A stretch of 40,887 bases of DNA from a virus. Taxonomy: Duplodnaviria; Caudoviricetes. Position 1 is the first letter of the stretch, and the number at the start of each line of letters is the position of its first letter. The DNA lies in the IMG/VR virus record IMGVR_UViG_3300048895_000086, positions 1 through 40,887 of that record, one strand, 5' to 3'. Shown here in pieces: positions 34,400-40,887 of this stretch. The translations under genes were made by a program, and so were the position numbers. The notes beneath the pieces were generated by a model. That model searched no databases. It saw nothing but the letters and a program-made list of their open reading frames with translations, and was not told the DNA's origin.

Positions 34400-36115
34400 T
34401 TAATTTATTGTCCAATTTCCCATAGATGAAACTGTTATCCACACTGTGCCGCTTGTTCTATACCTAAGCGTTAATGAATCACCACGTGCCGTACTTGTAA
34501 GATTTCCCGCTGTGGCTGTGATAGAACTTCCTATTCTGATAGTTTGACCTGAATTTGCGGTGACGGCTACAGCTCCGGTAGTATCGCATGCAATGATTAT
34601 TAACTCACCTTGTGCTGGTGCTGCCGGAAGCGTATATGTTCCTGCTGCCGTAGCATAATAACCATTATCTGCAACAAGTGTTGCCGCGGTGGTGTCTGTA
34701 AATACAACACCATTAATCGTTAAGGTGCTCCCTGATCCACTAGTGGTAATCCCTGGGCCACCTAGAATATTCCAGTTATTAGATGTGGGTGAAAGCGCTC
34801 CACCTGTATCTCCAGTAATCGTTTTGCCCGCTCCTGTTGATAGCAGTGATACGAAGCCAGAAGATACGGTAAAATCTGCACTATTGAAGTTTGCAAGTCC
34901 CACTTTGGTGGTATCTAATGCTGCAACAGTTTGAGCTCGTTGAACGTTAACTGTTAGAGTGCTTACAGACCCAGAGGTTGCCACAGGGGCAGTACCGGCA
35001 GCTACAGATCCACCAATGATATTCCAGTTGCCAGCGGTTGGGCTTAACGCTCCTCCAGCATCTCCGGTAATCGTTTGCCCGACAGTCGAACCATTTACTG
35101 CAATAGTGATTGAATTGCTTCCATTAGTTACAGAAATTCCCGAACCGGAGGAGATTGTCGCTGCGGCTGGCGCTCCTGCTGTCGAACCAATAATGATTTG
35201 TCCATCTAAAGCTAAGGCTGTAATAACTGGAACGCCTGTGGCTCCTGTCGTCAAAACACCCCTATTTGCCGTTGCAAGACCTGTAACAACATTATTAGAT
35301 GACGAGTAAAGAATTTGACTAATCGTTGTTGTTGCTGGATAAGTAGCCGTTGAAAATGCTGGATCTGCTGCGGCTCCGGCTGATTGAAGAACTTGCCCGG
35401 CTGTTGCCGTAGGGCCTACTTTTGTTATGGTAGCAGTTCCAGCTCCGACTAACACGGCGTGATTCGTAAGACCCGTTAAGGCTGTTGTTATTGTCGATCC
35501 TGATCCAGTTGTCGTAATGCTCCCAGATCCAAGTACATTAAGGCTGTTTAATGCGGGTGTGGCTGTGCCAGAATCAGTAACAAAACTAGTCGGGACTGTT
35601 GCATCAGCAGATATTGTGGGATCTCCTGCTACACCTGCGCCATTAGATATTGAAATTCCTGTTCCTGGCTGGAACGTCCTCAATGCCCATGTTTCACTGC
35701 CTGTTCGAGCGGAAAATCCTGTTCCTGTTAATGCCTCTAATGCTGCCAGGTCATTTGCGGGAGATAGAGTTAATGTGGCTCCTGAACCTAAAGTCGTAAT
35801 GCCCGTTGTACCAATGACAGATATTACACCGCCGCTTTCTGTGGCTGCACCAGAATTGCCTTGTAGCGTGCTAAGCGAACCTCCGCCTCCACCACCTGTA
35901 TTAGTGATTATGATCGATCCTGGACCATTGGTGATTGAAATGCCAGCGCCTGCTGTCAACGTGCCGATGTTTAAATGAGTGCCACCTGCATTTAATGCAG
36001 TTGATCCTATGATAAGTTGTCCGTCAGTGGTGATTAATCCTAAATGTGGCTTTGGAAGCGCTGGATTAAAATTGACATTGCCACAAAGGAGAACATTGTT
36101 TTCAAAACCCGCCAT
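34400..36115 (-). CDS. Fibre protein, 571 aa, with internal repeats
   Basis: TITGDxGGALSPTxxNWNI.GG twice, GQ.IIGST twice; C-terminal TLPAAPAQGE domain. Confidence 0.82.
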   Translation of the reverse strand: MAGFENNVLLCGNVNFNPALPKPHLGLITTDGQLIIGSTALNAGGTHLNIGTLTAGAGISITNGPGSIIITNTGGGGGGSLSTLQGNSGAATESGGVISVIGTTGITTLGSGATLTLSPANDLAALEALTGTGFSARTGSETWALRTFQPGTGISISNGAGVAGDPTISADATVPTSFVTDSGTATPALNSLNVLGSGSITTTGSGSTITTALTGLTNHAVLVGAGTATITKVGPTATAGQVLQSAGAAADPAFSTATYPATTTISQILYSSSNNVVTGLATANRGVLTTGATGVPVITALALDGQIIIGSTAGAPAAATISSGSGISVTNGSNSITIAVNGSTVGQTITGDAGGALSPTAGNWNIIGGSVAAGTAPVATSGSVSTLTVNVQRAQTVAALDTTKVGLANFNSADFTVSSGFVSLLSTGAGKTITGDTGGALSPTSNNWNILGGPGITTSGSGSTLTINGVVFTDTTAATLVADNGYYATAAGTYTLPAAPAQGELIIIACDTTGAVAVTANSGQTIRIGSSITATAGNLTSTARGDSLTLRYRTSGTVWITVSSMGNWTIN

Positions 36116-36122
36116 TTTTCAC

Positions 36123-36659
36123 CTATGGAACTTGTATATAATCTAAAACCACTTTCCAGTTGATCGTCAATCCAGCAATTCCAATAAATTGAAAGGCTAA
36201 ATCTCCACCGCTTGAAACCACATTCCAATCAGCGCCATTTAAGGCGGCATCTGACTCATCAAAAGTATCATTTGTGCCTACTACAACGGCAACGCCTGCG
36301 GACTTTCTGGCTAGACCTATTTGCTCGCCTCCGATTGCCGCATCATCTGCAAGATCATATCCAGCTACTAAGGCTTTAAATGTTATCGCTTTATTATTAA
36401 TAGGTGTAAATAGCGTGACTGTTTGATTTTGACCAGCACCATCACTAGTTGTAGCTGATATCGTTACCCTATTTGTCAATAGGATCGTTACCGTATCGCC
36501 TGCGCCAGTGGTTTCAATGCCATTATCATTATTTTCGGATGTTTCCCCGCCAAGGATATTAATATTATTTGCTACGGGAACTGCCGAGCCATCATCAGTA
36601 GTAAAATTTGTTGGGATTGCTGGGGCTCCACCTGAGACAATAAAATTGATATGGCTCAT
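36123..36659 (-). CDS. Virion structural protein, 178 aa
   Basis: PTNFTTDDGSAVP..N.INILGG module shared with the 571-aa fibre. Confidence 0.7.
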   Translation of the reverse strand: MSHINFIVSGGAPAIPTNFTTDDGSAVPVANNINILGGETSENNDNGIETTGAGDTVTILLTNRVTISATTSDGAGQNQTVTLFTPINNKAITFKALVAGYDLADDAAIGGEQIGLARKSAGVAVVVGTNDTFDESDAALNGADWNVVSSGGDLAFQFIGIAGLTINWKVVLDYIQVP

Positions 36660-36666
36660 CTTAACC

Positions 36667-36999
36667 CTATTTAGCGTAGATAATGCTTACTTTGAAAGAG
36701 CCTGTTCCACCTGTTCCCGTTACAAAGAATGGGGTGCATATTGGAAAACCCATATTAGATGCATAACCATGATTCGCCCTGCAATCTAATATAATTTCTT
36801 CGCTAGCTCCCATAGTCGTACCCTTTGTAGAGCCATCATTGTCAGCTAGAAAAGCTGGCACAGTGGATTGATTTTTAAATAAAATCATCACTGGCTCATT
36901 GGCTAAAACCCCAAGCAATTGAGGAACCCCCGTAAAGGGGGCGCTCACGGACATTTCAGTGTCAAAGGCCAGCTTTTGATCAAGCGGCAGATTCGTCAT
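36667..36999 (-). CDS. Small beta-rich virion protein, 110 aa
   Basis: Position in the fibre cluster; GAGG RBS. Confidence 0.65.
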   Translation of the reverse strand: MTNLPLDQKLAFDTEMSVSAPFTGVPQLLGVLANEPVMILFKNQSTVPAFLADNDGSTKGTTMGASEEIILDCRANHGYASNMGFPICTPFFVTGTGGTGSFKVSIIYAK

Positions 37000-37192
37000 C
37001 TTTTACCTCTTCAACTTTTTGCATTGCTTCAGCTTCTTTTTTTGCTTTATCTGCATCTTCAACTTGCCCAAGCCATTTAAGGCAGAGAAGGCATGCTTCT
37101 TTGGCAATAGCTGTAGATGCAGATGAATCAAAATGAAAGATATTTTCTAATTCATTTACCACGGCTTTGAATTGTGTCATTTGCTTAATCAT
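36980..37192 (-). CDS. Hypothetical 70-aa protein (possible fibre chaperone)
   Basis: Directly after the long fibre gene; GGAG RBS. Confidence 0.6.
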   Translation of the reverse strand: MIKQMTQFKAVVNELENIFHFDSSASTAIAKEACLLCLKWLGQVEDADKAKKEAEAMQKVEEVKDDESAA

Positions 37193-37229
37193 TGTGTCTC
37201 CGGTTTCAAAATTTACCTACTTATATGAA

Positions 37230-40031
37230 TCAAGCTACTAAATATCCAGTAAAATACGTCTGAAGTGATGCAGCCCCAAGAATATCAACTGTATCGCCAC
37301 CTTCACCAGAAACTGCAATCGTGACATGTGCTGTATCGGTTGCGGTCATGTCGAACAGTGATTCTACTGAAACAGATTCATCTTGAGATCCAGCAACCTT
37401 AATGAAGGTATAAATTGCTGTTCTTGATGTAGCTACGATAGAAATAACAAATGTTGTCGCAATCGTTGCGCCCGTTAGCGTTACCTGAGATTTAAGGTAA
37501 TATATACCTGTTACTGGAGCTGTGAATGTTCCACCTGTCGTAGCATTAGAGCCTCTATCAAAAACTTCAGTTAATGCATCTGTTCCTAAAGTATAAGCTG
37601 TGCCTGCACCTGTTTTATTGGTAGCAGTGCTCGCTAAATAGCTTAGGAATGCTGGAGCCGTTGTCTTAAGAACATTACCTACAAGTGTTAGGTTTCCTGT
37701 TCCTGAATTGATTGTGGTGGCGCTAGTCGAATTAGTTGAGCCGATTGTCACAGTATTTACTGCCGCGGCATCTGCTATATGAACGACTTTACCGCCTGTT
37801 CCAGTGGCCAGATTTAGCGTCTGCGTTCCCGCTGTAGCATTACCACCGAGGATTGAGATTGTAGTGGCTGCACCCGCTGCCTCTGAGCCAATATTGATGG
37901 TATTTGTACCTGTATTGATAACGTTACCAATCGCAATGGTTTGACCTGTCACATTTGTGGCTTTACCAATTGTGATAGTTCCAGTGCCCGCAGTGCCTCC
38001 AAGAGTGATTGTTCCACTTGTTAGAGCATTACCAATCGTGACACTTCCTGTTGTTTGAGTATTGCCAATCGCAATGACGTTTGCGCCAGTGCCTCCAATA
38101 TTAATATTGTTAGCGGCCGCTGCGCCTGTACCAATATTAATTGTGTTCGTGGCTACATCTGCACCTATCGCGATAGTATTACCACCGCCAACAATTGCTA
38201 TATTCCCAGTTCCGGAAGTAATCGTAATCGCTCCAGCTGCCGATGAGCCTATATTGACTACGTGAGCTGCTGCACCTGTACCAATATTTGTTGTAACCAC
38301 TGTTGTGGCAGCTACTGATCCCGCAATGTTGCAAACGGCTGTACCGCCTGTAGCATTACCATTGAAGATGTTGACTGTTTGAGTCCCAGAAGATTGAGTG
38401 CCACTCATTAAGTTAATTGTTTGTGTGCCACCTGAAGCAACTCCGCCAAATACTGCTATCGATTGTGTTCCAGCCGATGGGTTACCTGCCCACAAAGTGA
38501 CTGTATCATTTTGCGCAGCATTACCACCAAACATTGATGTAGTACGAGCGGCTGCTGGGGCAATATTGCAAAGCGAAACAGTCGTGACTCTTGTATTATC
38601 AGCCAAATGTAGAGCACCACCACCTGCTGAACCTACACCACAAAGAATATTTACTGTGTTTGTAGCAGCCGTTGCACCATTGCAAATTGAGACAACGTTT
38701 GTCCCCGCTGTACCTTCGCAGATAGTAACGGTTGAATTACCTGCTCCCGATGCAATCTTGACGGTTGACGCAGCTGAAGATGACCCTAATGTAATAGCTC
38801 CAGTACTTTGTGCTGTACCGCCAATAGTAATTGTGCCCGTTGTAGTACTAGCACCAATTGCATAAGTTGATCCAATTACACCATCTAATGTAAAGTTGCC
38901 AGAACCTACTTTCATGGCTATTGAAGCCCCGCCTGTCACACTTCCTAGGGTGATGACATTTGCTGCTGCACCATCGCCGATTTTTATGGTATTTCCTGCT
39001 GTGGCTGCACCTGCACCAATATTAATGGTAAGAGGTCTTGTACCGTTTCCAAGGCTTAAAGTTTGGCTTCCGGCTGTGCCATTTCCAGATAGAATATTTA
39101 CTGTCTGATCCGCTCCAGAAGCTCCATTTCCAATGGATATAGTTTGAGCAGATGCATTAATACCACCACCAATAGCGATTGTATTACCGCCTGTGCCTCC
39201 CGCTAATGTCAATGTGGCAGCACCATTTCCATTTGCTACTAGAACGCTTTGCGTAGCGCTAGATGAGCCTAATGTGATTGTGCCTGTACCATCAGACTTG
39301 CCGATTGTCGTTGTAGTGCCTACGGTCCCTGCAATTAGAAAATTTCCTGATCCAGCGTGTAGTGTTAAAGCGGCTGCGCCTGTTGTTGAACCGATGGTGA
39401 CCAGATGGGCGGCAGCGGAGTCTGCAATATGAACGGTTCTTGCTGTTGCACCTGTAGCTATTGAAACGGTATCCCCGGATGAATCTGTAGCAAGATTTAA
39501 TGCTGTTCCTGCCGTATTGATCGTTGCGCTTGCAGATCCAGTAATCAAACCGCCAACAGTTAGGAAGCTGCTTAATGTTAGACTTGTTCCTGTTAGAGGG
39601 TATGTTCCACCCGCTAACGCATCCGCAAGTTTTAGGGCGGTGATAATTCTAGAATCATCAACTCCTGCCATTGCTTCTGCTGCCGTTGCAATTTCTGCAA
39701 TACCGGGAGTTGCTTCGCTTGCTAATGGAGCTCCCGCAATTGCTACTTGAGCCAATTTAAATGGTGTAATAATCGTGGTGTCATTTGTTCCAGCTAGAGC
39801 TTCTGCTACCGTTGAAAGCTCCGCAATTCCGGGCTCTGTTTCTGTTGCTTGCGGATTACCACCTTCATCCCATGTTGTGCCATTGAATATAAAAAGCACT
39901 GGTGGACTGACAGCAACATTAAAATACATCTGCCCAAGTTGTCCCCTAAATGATGCTGGTGGTGGGCCTTGACCATTAACTGGGCCCGCTGGCACATTTA
40001 TAAATCCCCCTACGCCCATTGCTAATGCCAT
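37230..40031 (-). CDS. Long fibre/adhesin, 933 aa, with beta-solenoid-like repeats and C-terminal C1q-like domain
   Basis: AT/SE..PGIAE..T.AEA.AG repeat twice; many T(I/V)xIG units; FTAPVTGIYY...YFTGYLVA. Confidence 0.85.
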   Translation of the reverse strand: MALAMGVGGFINVPAGPVNGQGPPPASFRGQLGQMYFNVAVSPPVLFIFNGTTWDEGGNPQATETEPGIAELSTVAEALAGTNDTTIITPFKLAQVAIAGAPLASEATPGIAEIATAAEAMAGVDDSRIITALKLADALAGGTYPLTGTSLTLSSFLTVGGLITGSASATINTAGTALNLATDSSGDTVSIATGATARTVHIADSAAAHLVTIGSTTGAAALTLHAGSGNFLIAGTVGTTTTIGKSDGTGTITLGSSSATQSVLVANGNGAATLTLAGGTGGNTIAIGGGINASAQTISIGNGASGADQTVNILSGNGTAGSQTLSLGNGTRPLTINIGAGAATAGNTIKIGDGAAANVITLGSVTGGASIAMKVGSGNFTLDGVIGSTYAIGASTTTGTITIGGTAQSTGAITLGSSSAASTVKIASGAGNSTVTICEGTAGTNVVSICNGATAATNTVNILCGVGSAGGGALHLADNTRVTTVSLCNIAPAAARTTSMFGGNAAQNDTVTLWAGNPSAGTQSIAVFGGVASGGTQTINLMSGTQSSGTQTVNIFNGNATGGTAVCNIAGSVAATTVVTTNIGTGAAAHVVNIGSSAAGAITITSGTGNIAIVGGGNTIAIGADVATNTINIGTGAAAANNINIGGTGANVIAIGNTQTTGSVTIGNALTSGTITLGGTAGTGTITIGKATNVTGQTIAIGNVINTGTNTINIGSEAAGAATTISILGGNATAGTQTLNLATGTGGKVVHIADAAAVNTVTIGSTNSTSATTINSGTGNLTLVGNVLKTTAPAFLSYLASTATNKTGAGTAYTLGTDALTEVFDRGSNATTGGTFTAPVTGIYYLKSQVTLTGATIATTFVISIVATSRTAIYTFIKVAGSQDESVSVESLFDMTATDTAHVTIAVSGEGGDTVDILGAASLQTYFTGYLVA

Positions 40032-40128
40032 GACATTCTCCTATGTATAAATTGTTTAAATTTTACTATTAGACATTCGTTGAAAAACATCAATACTTAT
40101 ATTTTTGATTTGACTATATGTTTATATA

Positions 40129-40157
40129 TTGCATTCCATTTGCGGTTATGCTACTAT
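40129..40157 (+). promoter_or_regulatory. Promoter predicted to give a leaderless mRNA
   Basis: TTGCAT-17-TACTAT with TGn, then 6 nt to the ATG. Confidence 0.7.
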
Positions 40158-40163
40158 TAAGTC

Positions 40164-40388
40164 ATGGAACAAGACTTTTTGACCGTCGCGGAATTTGCGC
40201 AGCTTATGAGATTAAGCTACCACACGATTACACGATCTATCAAAAAAGGTCGCATAAATGCTTTTAGGGTGGGAATTGGAAAGAAATCGCCTTTTAGGAT
40301 TCCTAGAAGCGAGATTTATAGAATTGCAACCTCAGATCTTGAGGTTTTGATTGTTAAAGAAGTAGAAAAAAGGATGAAAGAAAAATGA
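40164..40388 (+). CDS. Excisionase-like (HTH_17/MerR-type) DNA-binding protein, 74 aa
   Basis: FLTVAEFAQLMRLSYHTITRSIKKGRINAFRVG..FRIPRSEI. Confidence 0.88.
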   Translation: MEQDFLTVAEFAQLMRLSYHTITRSIKKGRINAFRVGIGKKSPFRIPRSEIYRIATSDLEVLIVKEVEKRMKEK

Positions 40389-40474
40389 GTGTAGCAGGAT
40401 TGGTTGTTGGAATTATTGTAGTTGGTAAATTACTGTTTTGGGGATTGGTTGGGATTGGGATTTTTTGTGATTAG
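40385..40474 (+). CDS. 29-aa hydrophobic Gly-rich peptide
   Basis: MSVAGLVVGIIVVGKLLFWGLVGIGIFCD; ATGA-coupled to the HTH gene. Confidence 0.5.
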   Translation: MSVAGLVVGIIVVGKLLFWGLVGIGIFCD

Positions 40475-40743
40475 CGTCTTATTTTCTTTAAGTATGCTTC
40501 AGTTAAAGGTTTATCAGGCCACGCACTTATAATTTTCTTTTTAAATTGTTCCAATGCTTTCTTATCATTATGAATCTTGAATTGACCATCTCCTGGCACA
40601 TTTAAATCAATCTTTTCTCCATACTTTGAAGGATTTGCGAGCGCATCTTCGATTCGATCCAGTATAAAAGCCTTCTGAGTTTTAAGTCCTTTCTTTGTAA
40701 TGTCTGGTTTTTCTGCTGCATGTTCGATTTTGGCATCGACTTT
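40471..40743 (-). CDS. C-terminal 90 aa of the 831-aa protein starting at 2223
   Basis: In-frame continuation KVDAKIEHAAEKPDITKKGLK...AYLKKIRR-stop. Confidence 0.85.
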   Translation of the reverse strand, partial: KVDAKIEHAAEKPDITKKGLKTQKAFILDRIEDALANPSKYGEKIDLNVPGDGQFKIHNDKKALEQFKKKIISAWPDKPLTEAYLKKIRR

Positions 40744-40869
40744 TTTGGGTGTATCGGGTTTGGGATTTAAAATTTCCTTTGCTTCTTTAAGCTCTTTTTT
40801 TGCTTCTTCTTGCCGTTTGGTTCGGTCTTTATTCTCTTTTTCAAATCTCGCGTTTTTCTTTGGAGTCGT
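40744..40869. repeat. Terminal direct repeat, right copy
   Basis: Identical to 1-126. Confidence 0.97.
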
Positions 40870-40887
40870 GTATTTTTTTAATTTTTT

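Noticed and set aside
32569-36115. Diversity-generating retroelement or invertible fibre switch
   Set aside because: No reverse transcriptase or invertase; paralog differences are not adenine-specific
33254-39972. Plus-strand P/V/A-rich ORFs over the fibre genes
   Set aside because: Antisense shadows of G/T-rich fibres
40870-40887. 18-nt T-rich tail diverging from 127-144 after the terminal repeat
   Set aside because: Looks like a low-quality contig tip, too short to be a host junction; the repeat lies mid-ORF, so it is more likely assembly overlap than a packaged terminal repeat

Overview
The window is an apparently complete, circular ~40,743-bp genome of a short-tailed (podovirus-type) dsDNA phage. 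Bases 1-126 are repeated at 40744-40869, and an 831-aa minus-strand ORF missing from the ORF track reads straight through that junction. Most genes are on the minus strand. They include a PBSX-type large terminase, a P22-like portal, a scaffold, an N4-gp56-like major capsid protein, adaptor/nozzle proteins with E1-FCCH-like inserts, four putative ejection proteins, and six fibre/adhesin genes (one ending in a C1q-like domain). A second minus-strand block runs cro-like HTH, initiator with iterons, J-domain protein, RusA, an array of tiny helical-hairpin paralogs, SpoVG-like SSB and small terminase. A plus-strand early operon encodes an ERF annealase and a YqaJ exonuclease, and there is one tRNA-Gly(TCC). 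I recognise no integrase, CI-type repressor, polymerase, helicase or endolysin. The most unusual signals are: (1) a plasmid-like antisense-RNA plus coupled leader-peptide control region in front of the initiator; (2) a J-domain gene in the helicase-loader slot; (3) tandem mini-pseudoknots in the capsid mRNA leader, plus three other structured intergenic RNAs; (4) an RNA polymerase alpha-CTD homolog; (5) an array of paralogous 51-65-aa helical hairpin proteins. All family calls are by-eye motif recognition, not database searches.
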